Shown here: positions 50,888 through 63,141 of the stretch, piece by piece
How the letters are laid out: every line of letters begins with the position of its first letter
Position numbering within the stretch: the stretch's first letter is position 1
DNA from: Octopus bimaculoides
Lineage: Eukaryota
Assembly: GCF_001194135.2 (NCBI RefSeq)
Contig: NC_069001.1
Span: forward strand, 32,617,539 to 32,681,538
Reading direction: 5' to 3'
Length of the DNA stretch: 64,000 nt
Program-made: the position numbers and the translations under genes
The notes under the pieces: generated by a model
Database searches by the model: none
Told to the model about the DNA's origin: nothing
The model's input: the letters and a program-made list of their open reading frames with translations, nothing else

Positions 50888-52396
50888 TCACTCCTGTGTA
50901 TGAAGATGTTTGTGTCTAGTTAACTGGAAATTTCTAGAGAATGATTCACCACAAATATCACAGAGAAACAGCTTCTCTGCTTTATGAACATACTTATGAT
51001 TAGACAAGTTACTTCTTTGAGAGAATGATTTTCCACAGAGAACACAGTGATATGGTTTTTCACTTGTATGAGTACGTTTGTGTAGATTTAAGCTTGTATT
51101 CCTGGAGAATGACTGACCACAGATATCACACTGATATGGCTTTTCTCCTGTATGGATACGCATATGTATAAGTAAGGTACTACTTCTAGAGCAACATTTA
51201 CCACAGATATCACAGTGATATGGTTTTTCTCCTGTATGAATACGCTTATGTTTAGTTAAATCACTACTTTTAGAGAAAGATTTACCACAGATATCACAGT
51301 GAAACGGTTTTTCTCCTGTATGAACTCGTTTATGGTGAATTAAGGTACTACCATCAGAAAATGATTTACCACAGATATCACAGTGATATGGTGTCTCTCC
51401 TGTATGAATACGCCGATGTATATGCAAGGCACTACTTCCAGAGAAAGATTTACCACAGATGTCACAGTGAAATGGTTTCTCCCCTGTATGAACACGCTTA
51501 TGTTTAATTAAGTCACTACTTTGAGAGCAAGATTTACCACAGATATCACAGTGATATGGTTTTTCACCTGTATGAATCCGTATGTGTTTATTTAAGTCAT
51601 CATTTTGACTGAACGATTTACCACAGATATTACAGCAATGGGGTTTTTCTCCTGTATGAACATATATGTGTCTCTTTAGTTTACTCCTATCCGGGAAAGA
51701 TTTACCACAAATCTCACAATGATATGGTCTCTCTCCTGTATGGATATTTCTGTGATATGTTAGGGAACGTCTGTAAGAGAATGATTTACCACAGATACTA
51801 CAGTGGTATGATTTCTCTCCTGTGTGAATGCGTTTGTGAGTATTTAAAGTACCACTTTCAGTGAATGATTTACCACAGATATCACAATGATATGGTTTCT
51901 CTCCTGTATGAATACGTTTGTGAGTACTTAATGTACCGCTTGTAGAGAATGTTTTACCACAGATATCACAATCATATGGTTTCTTTCCTGTATAAATACA
52001 TTTGTGTGTATTTAAGGTATCATGTGTAGAAAATGTTTTACCACATATGTCACAATGATATGGTGTCTCTCCTGTACGGATACGTTTGTGCCCAGTTAGG
52101 TGACATTTTTGAGTGAATGATGTGCCACAGATATTACAGTGGTATGCTGTCTGTCTTGAATGGATATTTCTGTGTTTAGTTAGGATACATTTTAGAGAGA
52201 ATGATTTACCACAGATATCACAGTGATATGGTTTTTCTCCTGTATGAATACGTTTGTGATCAGTTAGGTGACTTTTATGAGTGAATAATTTTTTACAGAT
52301 ATCGCAGGAATATATTTCTTCTATCTCTTTCAGCATCTCAATGCTTTCAGTCTCTGTTTTAATTTGAATTGGTTTCCCACAGAATTCATTTTCCAT
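50888..52396 (-). CDS. C2H2 zinc-finger protein, 502 aa, 17 fingers (fingers 3 and 4 lack the last His), no KRAB
   Basis: ATG at 52396 (MENEFCGKPIQIKTE) aligns with the ZNF1 start; the ORF-track extension to 52447 starts at a non-ATG codon. Confidence 0.96.
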   Translation of the reverse strand: MENEFCGKPIQIKTETESIEMLKEIEEIYSCDICKKLFTHKSHLTDHKRIHTGEKPYHCDICGKSFSLKCILTKHRNIHSRQTAYHCNICGTSFTQKCHLTGHKRIRTGETPYHCDICGKTFSTHDTLNTHKCIYTGKKPYDCDICGKTFSTSGTLSTHKRIHTGEKPYHCDICGKSFTESGTLNTHKRIHTGEKSYHCSICGKSFSYRRSLTYHRNIHTGERPYHCEICGKSFPDRSKLKRHIYVHTGEKPHCCNICGKSFSQNDDLNKHIRIHTGEKPYHCDICGKSCSQSSDLIKHKRVHTGEKPFHCDICGKSFSGSSALHIHRRIHTGETPYHCDICGKSFSDGSTLIHHKRVHTGEKPFHCDICGKSFSKSSDLTKHKRIHTGEKPYHCDICGKCCSRSSTLLIHMRIHTGEKPYQCDICGQSFSRNTSLNLHKRTHTSEKPYHCVLCGKSFSQRSNLSNHKYVHKAEKLFLCDICGESFSRNFQLTRHKHLHTQE

Positions 52397-53496
52397 AATT
52401 ATTCCTCTTTGACAACTTCGTTTCTTTTTATTGTATTTTCTTAGCAATTATATCTATTGCTAAATTTCCATAAAACTTGATCTTTGTTGATGTCTGATGA
52501 TACTGTAAACTCCTGTGAAAATATGTCCATGTTTAACAAGAAAACCATCAACTCTTGAACAGACAAGGAAACAGAAGAATTTTGCAAATGATCTCAGATC
52601 ACAATAAGAAATATTTCACACCAATTCCATCACAAATTTATAGAAACGGGAATATATCCATTCTGTGTAACACCTTCCTTTACTTTTTAAAAGATGATAA
52701 ATATCAATGATACATCTGAAGTTAGAATTACTTTCATGCCAATGTCATCAGATATTTCTGAAATAATAGAGAAACAGTATAAGATATGGGGTGGGATACT
52801 TAAATGTAGATTCAACAGTGGAAAATTTACTACGTTTCTATAGTGATAAACTGTAACATTTACGTCGATATTTCAATTTTAAAACAGGTTATTAAAATTA
52901 TATAAATCACAGACTACAGGCAAATAAGATACAGTAATTTTTTTACAATCACACCCCAATACTACCGTTGTTGATGTACAAGTACTACAGGAAAAGGGAC
53001 CCCTCTCAATTTAGGCGACTTAGGAGTAATTAAACACAGGACTAAGAAAAAAGAACATTATTCGTCAGGTGTAAAAAGTCACGAGAAATTATGGACTTTC
53101 TATGTTTGTTACGTCCGCAGTAAACAATGTTTCGATTGCATTTCACTATTTTAAGTAAACCATCATGTTTTTATACATGTCCCCATATCTTCAAACTTAT
53201 GCCCTAATTCGTCATATTCAACAAAATTTATAGGAACGAAAGGAGAAAGAAAAGAAAGAAACGATTGAATGATGAGAAAAACATTTGAGAAAAATACCTA
53301 GTATAAATCACAAGTCAGTGATGCTGATCGTATATGTTGTTTCTGCACGCACGCACACACGTATAATATTTACTACAATGTACTGGATAAATATGAGTAC
53401 TTTTCCGCCAGTAAATTATGATTTCTGTTGAAATAAAATTATTGTTTTGAAAAGTGATTTCATTGTCAATACTAATCAAAATAGTTCAAGGTGGTG

Positions 53497-53521
53497 GCGG
53501 GAATTGATATCCGGTTGCACA
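53497..53521 (-). promoter_or_regulatory. Conserved 25-bp element upstream of ZNF2
   Basis: Identical to 46964-46988. Confidence 0.6.
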
Positions 53522-56500
53522 TGTGCAGTGTGAAATGTCAGTGGAAGCTAGCATCATTCCTTTCTAATGTGGCATATGCACGTGTGTGTGTGTACTTGTG
53601 TGTTTAGCTATCTATCTATCTTTCTTTCTTTAGATATGTGTGCGTTTAAGTATGTATTAACTCGTATGAACCATTTCTACCTCTCTCAGTTTTCCCCACT
53701 ATACGGATATTTCCCATTAAGCCGTACCTCCACTCCATTTCATCGTTCAGTCCTTGGTGCTTTCCACTTGTTGAGTGTTAATAATATTTATAATGAAGTC
53801 CGTCTCCACGGATGTAATTTATTGGTAATTGGCGTTAATTTAAATGTTATTTAATAAAGGTCATTGAGCCGGCTTCAAGCGAGGAAATAAACAGTATTTA
53901 GGCACAAGTGTCGTTCTTTTGGGTTGTTTTTAGAAACCAGTTTTTCACAGGTTGGGAGAGATCATGTAAAGTTTCGTGTGTGCTGTTTCCACGGGGACAA
54001 AGAATCACGATTTCCAGTATGCCTTGTAATAGAGGCTGCCAATTGGCGAAAATGACATAATTTTAAATGTTTGTAAATTCTTTATTATCAATTTCCGGAA
54101 ATAATGAATGCAATTTTTGTCAATAACATGCAGAACTTTATCAGAACTACATATGTTGAAAATAATCTGCTAAAAATTTAACTGGTTGGAAGAAATTTAA
54201 CAAAATCGTTTTTTTTCTTAACTCATTCCCCAACACTTTAAGGAATCTTGCAACGATTGCAAAACCGGGCGTTGCCGCCCATTACACGGAGAGAAAGAAA
54301 TCAAAATCGTATGAATTCCCGTGTGTAGAGCACAAATTCGCAAAAAAGTTTCTGAAAATTCCAAAAAGTAAAAAAGTTATGAGAGGTGATATGAGTTCCG
54401 CCCGCTGGTGTTCTCGGACCTTGCATTGCTGATTTCCAACGCAAAATCAGGAGAACAACGAATCATCAGAGAAACGAGCCCTACGAGCTGGGGTGGCTGT
54501 TGCTGGCCATTTTCCNNNNNNNNNNNNNNNNNNNNNNNNNNNNNNNNNNNNNNNNNNNNNNNNNNNNNNNNNNNNNNNNNNNNNNNNNNNNNNNNNNNNN
54601 NNNNNNNNNNNNNNNNNNNNNNNNNNNNNNNNNNNNNNNNNNNNNNNNNNNNNNNNNNNNNNNNNNNNNNNNNNNNNNNNNNNNNNNNNNNNNNNNNNNN
54701 NNNNNNNNNNNNNNNNNNNNNNNNNNNNNNNNNNNNNNNNNNNNNNNNNNNNNNNNNNNNNNNNNNCACCATTCGGGTTGGGGTGTACAACCTGTTAATC
54801 CCTCGCCCCTATCTTGTACTGTTTCATTCTCCTTTTTTTTCTTTGTTTCCATGTTGAAATAATTCTGTTTTTTTTTTTTTTGTCTCGATAATTTAACCTT
54901 TTATAGTTTTAAGTTTTTTTTCTTTCTGTAAAAATTTGTTGCTAAATAAATATTCTATTTATTCGATAAAAAAAAAGATTAATTTCATTCAATTAGGGAT
55001 CATACGTATGCGAACACTGATAGATTCGTACACACACACATCCAGATAGATACAAAAACACGCACACAGATAGCTACGAACACATACCCAAACACACACA
55101 CACAAATAGATACAATCACGTACACATGCACACATAAATACAAACATACACACACATATAGATATAAAGATACACGCACAAAGAGAGATACATTCAAGCA
55201 CTCACGCACACAGATAGATATAAAGGCATTCTTTTGTTCGAGTTGACTGAAACGAAACAATGCCGATATAAACACACACTGATGCTGAGATACACACAAA
55301 CACACACAGACCCCAAATAGCCAATACACACGATACGGGGTCACGACCAAGTGACATCCTAACATTTCGACAACGAGGCTGATATATACAACTCAGATAA
55401 AAAAAACAAAAAAACGCGCGAACTGTGAAAAATTAATCCAAATGCAAGAGCTATGAGGCGTTTAGCATAAATCAAACCATTTTCTAGACACATATCCATC
55501 GTCTAATTTTTAAAATTCATTTTTATCAACTCACTCACCATTTATCATTTTAACTTCCATTTATATCTTAAGACTTATATATAATTTAAGTCGTGTAATG
55601 ATCTCTCCAATATTATCACTCGAACACCAACCGATTGTTCATTTTCGTAAATAATTTTTACCTAAATACCAAATAGAATTTGGAACAACCGTAAATTTTC
55701 AGGTATGTTTTATAAGTTTCAACTACGATTCCAGCATTTTCGCCACTTTTTTTTCTTTCTTATTCTATTGTATAAATTCACGCGTTTTGCGAGTAGTGAG
55801 TTATACGGTAAACCGATGTCAATTCCCGATACGAACTGTTTTACATTTATGCGTTATCCAAGTTTTGGTTAATCAATGCAGTTTACCTTGAAATCAGCGA
55901 ACAAAATTAAAAAAAAAAAACAAACCGACCTCAAAGTAAAATCTTTTATCTACTCCTTTACTCGTTTCAGTCATTGGACTGCGACCATAAAAGGTCGCCG
56001 TCTTGAAGGGTTTAGTCGAATAGATCGACAGCAGCTTATTTTTGAATCTGGTACTTATTCTAGCGGTGCTTTTTGCCGAATCACTAAGTTACAAAAGCAT
56101 TGGTGGGGGACATACACGAAGATGAACAAATATTTATCTTTTAATTGTTTCTGTCATTAGACTGCTATGTTGGGATATTGCCTTAAGGATTATAGTTGAA
56201 CGAATCGACTCCAGTACTTTTTTTTAACCGGTGCTATCATCGTTTTTACCAAACCTCTAAGTCACGGGGAGGTAAACACACCAACACCGGTTATCAAGCG
56301 GTGGTGAGCGCAAACACACACACACACACATATACGACGAGCTTCTTTCAGTTTCGGTCTACCACATCCACTCAAGGCTTTGGACGGCCCGAGACTATAG
56401 AGAAGAGCTTTTTTTTTTTCAATTTTCGTCTACTAAATCCACTCACAAAGCTTTGGTTAGCCTGTGGCTATAAGGGGAAGAAACTTGCTCGCGGTGCCAC

Positions 56501-57852
56501 GCTTTGGGGCTGAACTCGGAACCATGTGGTTGGTAAAAAAAAAAAAAAGAAAACAGCCACGCTGATTTAATTCTTGAGTTGCTCGCAGAACATGGAGAAT
56601 CTTAACGTATCTGTTCATTCTTAAATACGTTTTGGAAAATTTGAACGTAAGAAAAAGCAACTACAATCTATCGTCATCGGTGTAAAGTTTTATCCGAGTC
56701 ATCGATCTGTGGTCTGTGATTGAATATTTTCGTTTTGATGGGTGCGAAGAGTGCCAGTTCTTATGGTGGCTGTTCAGGTCAAGTGCGGTATACAAGAGGA
56801 AAAGCAACAACGATCTATATTCACGTTCGGATCAGCCAGAACGCATTTAGAATGAATAAATACATTATTAATCAAGCATTTACTTTGGAACATGAATCGG
56901 TATACGGAAGTAAAGTTAAGTCGTTCACGCTGAATAACAAGTGAGGTGAGAGCGATTTGTGTGTGGTTGCAAACATTTCTTCTATTCACGTCAATGATAT
57001 CTTTTTGAAAGACTTGGACATCGCCAGTTCAAATACCATTCAGTTGTTATTTGTTTTTATCTGCAAAAGAAATTTGAAACTTCTATTTGGCGACATATTT
57101 TTACTGGAAGTAAAAATTATTCAGGGGATACGAGGCTGCTACGAAGTAGTTGCTCGACGTGCTAGAAATAGCTGCTAAATTTCCTTGAAACAACATCCAA
57201 TATTAAAAAAGAGAAGAAAAACAAGATGGAAGGACAGATTAGACAATGTAGTTGGAGACATACAAAACGATGGGATGGTCTGTCGGGAACATCTTTGATC
57301 ATAGGTCTACTGTCCCTGACACAAAACCAAACTACATCTCATCAAGACTAACTCTCTCCCTAATTAGTTGGACTTTATGTCAAATAAATCAGTGACACCT
57401 TATAGTGTCAAAAACGTTTCAAAGCCCCTCCCCATTTTTTTTGGTTTTGGAGTGTTATATAAGCTAGCAGGTACGTTAATATTGCTGCACAGTGTTTGCA
57501 TATGAATATTGGTTTCAAATTTTGGTACAAGGCCAAAAATTTCAGTGGAAGGGTAAGTGGATAAGGGATGAAAGGCAAAGTCGAAGTCAGCAGAGTTTAA
57601 GCTCAGAACATAAAGACAGATGAAATGCCATTAAGCATTTTGCCCTATGTGCTAATGATTCTACCAGTTTGCCACCCTATCTGCATGTGTGTATTAACAG
57701 TTATTTTTCCCTGGCATGCTAGCAATCTTACCAGCTTGCCATCCTATCTGCATGTCTGTGTTAACAGTTATATCTGTGTGCTACATGAAGTTAAAGCTTT
57801 CTTAACAAAACTACTTTCATTTCTCATTGTAGTCCATAGCTGATATGCAAAG

Positions 57853-57957
57853 ATGAGTTTATTAGAATTTACTGAGCGACAACTAAATGGTGACCTTGAC
57901 CTTTATGATGATATTCTCCAGGAAGACTTTGAATGCGAAAAGGATTCTATTAATGAG
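57853..57957 (+). CDS. CASP8AP2: FLASH/CASP8AP2-like first coding exon with LDLY motif
   Basis: MSLLEFTERQLNGDLDLYDDILQEDFECEKDSINE resembles human FLASH CLDLYEEILTEE; in-frame TGA upstream at 57841; acceptor ttgtAG at 57832, donor GTTTGT at 57958; phase 0. Confidence 0.85.
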
Positions 57958-58399
57958 GTTTGTAAAAAAAAAAAAGAATCAAGGTCTAACATTGACCCTT
58001 TAGCTTTCAGATTACTCAGTCAAATGTAATGCATACTTATTTACAAGCTTTAATTAAGTTATCACTCCTAAGGAGCGTACCAAATCTTGGTCTGTAACGC
58101 TCACTAGTGGTTGGGGGACTTTTGGCTTACAGTAAAGCCTTGATAATCCAACCATTTGGTATATTATCAAAAGCCTTCTGGTAGTCCACCCACAATACAG
58201 TTAAGTTCCTGTGACTTTCAGCTGTTTTTTACTGGATCATTTTGTTAATTAGTAGCTCCTTCTTTCGTCCAGCTTGCTCAGGTGTTATAATGTTGTTGGC
58301 GACACAATGATCCTACAATTAAAGCGTTTAGTCCTCGAAATATATCCCATCATATTTTATTGTCTGTTGTCACTGTTGTGCCAGAAGCTCAATTCCATG

Positions 58400-58800
58400 C
58401 TTATACCATTTAGCTGTTTCAGAAGCAGAAAATTCCCTGCTCCCATTTTCAACACCATCCACATTGTTGAAATTCTCTCTGTGCTGGAAATGAGAGCCAT
58501 GGCTCGGAAAGTGTGCTAATCTGATGGTGCAAGGTCAGGCAGCACTTCCAGCCCTTCAAGTTCCTCAGATTTGTGCTTGGTTACATTGGCAGTGTGTGCT
58601 GGGGCATTGTAATGCTGTAGGAATGCACGTCTTCGATTGACTAGTGCCAGGTAGTGGGCTTTCAAAACATCACATACTCACTGCAGTTGTTGAGCATAAA
58701 GGTTAGTGCTCACAGCATGACCTTCTGGGACAAGCTCAAAGTGCAACACCCCTTGAAATTCCACCAAATACACAACATCACCTTCTGTTCAAATGGTCCT
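58400..58800 (-). mobile_element. Mariner (DD34D) transposase remnant in a FLASH intron
   Basis: Minus strand reads KVMLCIWWNF..GVLHFELVPEG...LYAQQL...QHYNAPAHTA..TK...LEVLPDLAPSD*, with stops and a frameshift. Confidence 0.85.
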
Positions 58801-59063
58801 TGTTTGACAACAGGTTTTGATGTATGGATGGATTGGCTACCAAGTGGTGTGGTATGAAGCATAAACACACACACACACACACACACAAAAACAATGGGCT
58901 TCCACTTAGTTTCTGTTTCCTAAAATTCACTCACAAAGCATGGGTCAGCCTGGGGCTCTACTAGAAAACCTTTACTCAATGGTACCGTGAAATAGGACTG
59001 AACCTAAGACCATGTTTCAAAGTAAGAGTCTTAACCATGAAAAATATCTATTCTTCGTTTCAG

Positions 59064-59254
59064 TTGCAACAAAAATACCAGGAAGCTATGCAGAAGATTG
59101 CTACTTTGGAAAATACTGTGAAAGAACGCACTGCTGCAATGGAGATATTGGAGGAGAAAAATACTAACTTGCAAAAGAATATATTGAATCTGTACAAAAC
59201 TGCATGCTTGACAATCAAGGGGAAAAGTGGTAATATTATTTCTTTAAGAGAGCA
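59064..59254 (+). CDS. CASP8AP2: FLASH-like exon encoding the N-terminal coiled coil (Lsm11-binding region)
   Basis: LQQKYQEAMQKIATLENTVKE...NTNLQKNILNLYKTA versus FLASH NQSLKKNISALIKTA; acceptor tttcAG at 59063, donor GTAAGT at 59255; phase 0 to 2. Confidence 0.88.
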
Positions 59255-59535
59255 GTAAGTCTATTTGGTTTTTGTTTTACTTTTGTTTTTCCATGCTAGC
59301 ATGTGTTGGGTGGTGACTTATTCTGAGGCAGTGTTTTGCAGTTTGGTGCAATAGGTGCAGAAGTGGGTGTATGGTTAAAAAGCTTGTTTCCCAGCCATAT
59401 GATTTTGGATTCACTCCAGCTCTGTAGCACCTTGGGCAAGTGTCTTTAACTATAGCCTCAGGCTGACCAAAGCCTTGTTAGTGAATTTGGTAGATGGAAA
59501 CTGAAAGATGCCCCTCATATATATATATATATAAC

Positions 59536-59890
59536 GTGGCACTCTGTCGGTTATGACGATGAGGGTTCCAGTTAATCCGATCAACGGAACAGCCTGCTCA
59601 TGAAATTAACATGCAAGTGGCTGAACACTCCACAGACACGTGTACCCTTAACGTAGTTCTCGGGCGTGACACAGAGGGTGACAAGGCTGGCCCTTTGAAA
59701 TACAGGTACAACGGAAACGGGAAGAAAGAGTGAGAGAAAGTTGTGGTGAAAGAGTACAGCAGGGTTTGCCCCTGCTGGTGCCTCATGGAGCTTTAGGTGT
59801 TTTTGCTCAATAAACACTCACAACGCTCAGTCTGGGAATTGAAACCATGATCCTATGACCGCAAGTCCGCTACCCTAACCACTGGGCCAT
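59536..59890 (-). mobile_element. tRNA-derived SINE (tRNA-Arg-like head)
   Basis: Minus-strand head tggcccagtggttagggtagcggacttgcggtcataggatcatggtttcaattccc, followed by a body shared with 9534-9820. Confidence 0.75.
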
Positions 59891-60488
59891 TGCACCTATA
59901 TATGCGTGGTTGTGGTAAGAAGCTTCACAACCACATGGTTTGGGGTTGAGTCCCACTGTATACCATCTTGGGCAAGTATCTTCTACTATAACCTCAGGCC
60001 AACCAAAGCCTTGTGATGCTTGCTTATAAGTATCGATCCTTTGATGTTAAGACAAGGAGGTATATACAGGTGGGCAAAGTAGGTAAATGGTTGCTTAATA
60101 TGAATGGAATCTTCTTATCATTTCTCTATTTCTTTGTTAAACTTAAGTAATTCATAAGTCAGCTTAGGGATCTGCAGGAGATGCCTAGTTCATTGAGAAC
60201 CCTGCTTTCTGATTTCTGGAGACTTTGAATGAATGCTTGAGCCACAAGCATTTCATGTTTTTCAGTGGTAACACTGATTGGCCAATTATAATTGGAGCTC
60301 AGTACAAGCTCTCTGGCTGGCCAGCATGTAAAACAGACATTAAATGAGTATGAGGATGATGTCAATACAAATCAACGTATGAACTTGTAGAACATGCAAC
60401 ATATGTATTCTTTGTTTCTCACTCTGATAGTTGAAGATGTGATTTTACAATGTAACATTATTTTTTTGATTTCTTGTTCTCTTTCCAG

Positions 60489-62046
60489 AATAGAGTTCTA
60501 TGAAAAAGAAAAGTGTTTGAAACAGAGGCAGTCGGGATATTCACATTGGAATTCTCATCATCAGAGACACAAACCTTCTCAAAGAGATCAAAGAGACACC
60601 AAAGAAAATGATAGGAGACATTCAAGACAGTCTGATATAAAAAGTCCCCGATATTTTGATAGTAAGTCCAATTCTCACCATTCTGGCTCAAAAGAACGAA
60701 GGCATGATGACCGAAGATATGAAGAAACGCACTCGAGTCGTCGAGATTTACAGAAGCCTGAAACAAAAGATAATCGATCATTGGAAAGGAAATCTTCAAG
60801 ACACTCCAAAACTAGAAGTAATATTTCAGATACAAAAATGGAAAATTCCTCAAGAGAACACAAAAGGGGCAGTAGTAAACATCATTATCAAAAGACACCT
60901 TCATCTACACAAAAATTGTCTTCAAGGTCTGAGAATAGAAAATCTCATACTACTCCCCTCAAAGAGAAGCACAATTTATCTAACAACTCCAGTGAGTCTG
61001 GTAGTGCCAAGAGACAAGATTCTAAGTTGATTGATTGTCAGCAGTCTGTAGAACGAATCAGTATATCAGCAAAACAGTCTGTAAAATCTGCAGGATCTGA
61101 TGCAGAGAGCTCTAAATCTTCTCCTGGAAAATTCTCTCCAAGTGACAAACATCACAGTGAAATGTGTGAACTAGTTGTAACTTCTCCAGAATTGACAACT
61201 AAGTGTGACAGAAACCACTCGCCTGTTATTTCACCACCAAAGTATAAAACCTCAAAAGTATTCAATAGTCCAGAACCTATAGTTATTAAATGTTTTGGAA
61301 TATCTAATTTAGAAGATTCTCATTCTCCAATAATTATTCCTTGCTTTTCTAGCAGTGCAACAAACTCGAGAACACAAGACTCAACAAGCAGCGAAGATTC
61401 TGATTGTGAGGATGCTGTGCCAAGAAGCAAAACCATTGTTCGTAAACTGTTTTCGCCAAGTAAAACTGAATGTAATCTGTCTATAGAAAATTCAATCCCA
61501 GATGACGAACTTGCAGAGAATCACAGTTTGGAGTTTTTGAATGAAATGAAGAAGAAGCTATCACAAGAAATTGCTGCCCATAACAGAAAGCAACAAAATG
61601 AAGATTGTGAAGATACAACACAGTTAGTTGATATCTATCAGACTCGTGATGAGGAATATTGTAGTAATGACAGTCTGAGAGAAGATCAGAATTCTCTCAA
61701 AACATTTTCTCCTCAGCCACAAAGTGATTTACATGCAGTCACTGAACAGTCAGAAACTGAGTGTGTAGGCTTAGAAAGTGGAGAGATTGTGAGCGATGAT
61801 GATGGTGATGATAAGAAGAAAGACCAAACTTCCTCATGCAAAATCTCATCTTCACAAATGAAGGTCAGTTCCCACAGCAAAAAACATTTGTCAAAGCATA
61901 GCACTAAGCATGGAAGTAAACATTCTTCAAGGAAACATTCCAAAAAGAGAAAGTTTTCGGGAGACGAGACATTAACCAAAATTAGGAATAAACATAATAA
62001 CAGCTCTTCAAGAACTGAAAACAAAAAACGACGAGAAATTCGGTGA
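60489..62046 (+). CDS. CASP8AP2: FLASH-like large exon (basic S/R/H/K-rich, SP-rich, LESGEIVSD motif); may end at a donor at 62043 instead of the TGA
   Basis: Acceptor tttccAG at 60488, phase 2 matches the previous exon; 518 further open codons; joined product is 617 aa if the TGA at 62044-62046 is used. Confidence 0.85.
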
Positions 62047-63141
62047 GAATTGAGACCTTTGCCAAAGTTATCTTTAACTCTATCTTATTTAAGTAAAACA
62101 AAATTTTATCCTCCTCTTTCTTTTCATCCTGTTTATGATTGTATTTGTATGTTTATGTTATTTACATGTCATTTATACACCACGTCTTCAATCGAAAATA
62201 CCTCCAAAATTATTCAGTATTTATGTGCGCATGATTAGGAATTTTTAAAATTAAATTTAAATTTTAAAAAAAAGTTAAACATTGATTTCAGTTTTGTGTT
62301 ACTTTGGTGTCTTATGTTGTTTAACCCTGAGTCAGTCCAGATTGACCAGAATGTTGATGAAAGGTAGCAAAGCCATACTGATTCGTCTTTGCTTAACCCA
62401 TTAGCATTTAAACCAGCCATATTCTACCTGTTTTGTATTCAAAATGGCTAGATTTGGCCTCTCACACCTACCCTACGATGTCATTAAAAAAATAAACATT
62501 CACATCATCAAAATCTTGAAGCTATGAGATAATGCATAATTAATTCAAAACAATGTGACTAAATCATCATCGTCGTTTAACATCCACTTTCCATGTTAGC
62601 ATGGATTGGACGATTTGACTGAGGACTAGTGGACCAGGAGGCGACACCAGGCTCCGATCTGATTTGGCAGAGTTTCTACAGATGGATTCCTTTCCTAATG
62701 CCAACCACTCCGAGAGTGTAGTAGGCGTTTTACGTGCCACCGGCACGAGGGCTAGTCAGGTGGTACTGGCGACGGCCATGCTCGAAATGGTGTATTTTAC
62801 GTGCCACCTGCACAGGAGCCAGTCCATTAGCACTGGCAACGATCTCACTCGAATGTCTTTTCACGTGTCACTGGCACAAGTGCCAGGGAGGCGACGTTGG
62901 TAACGATCAACGGCCACGCTTGAAATGGTGTAAATAAGTATTACATTTGACAGTCATCAGAATGCGAAAGGGTTAAAGTATAATATATAGATATTTACTG
63001 TGTGCTCTATGTTGATGTAATCCTTTGCCTCCTTGATTTTATAGTTTCATAACTCTATTCTGTTTATATTGGTCGGACTCCTGCCCTCATCTTGATTGTT
63101 ATTTTCACTACATTTTGGTTGTTTTACGCTTCACCCTCCTC

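Noticed and set aside
52397-52447. N-terminal extension of ZNF2 in the ORF track
   Set aside because: Starts at a non-ATG codon; paralog alignment places the start at ATG 52396
60394-60488. N-terminal 32 aa of the 550-aa ORF
   Set aside because: Intronic polypyrimidine tract; the acceptor at 60488 joins in phase to the upstream FLASH exon
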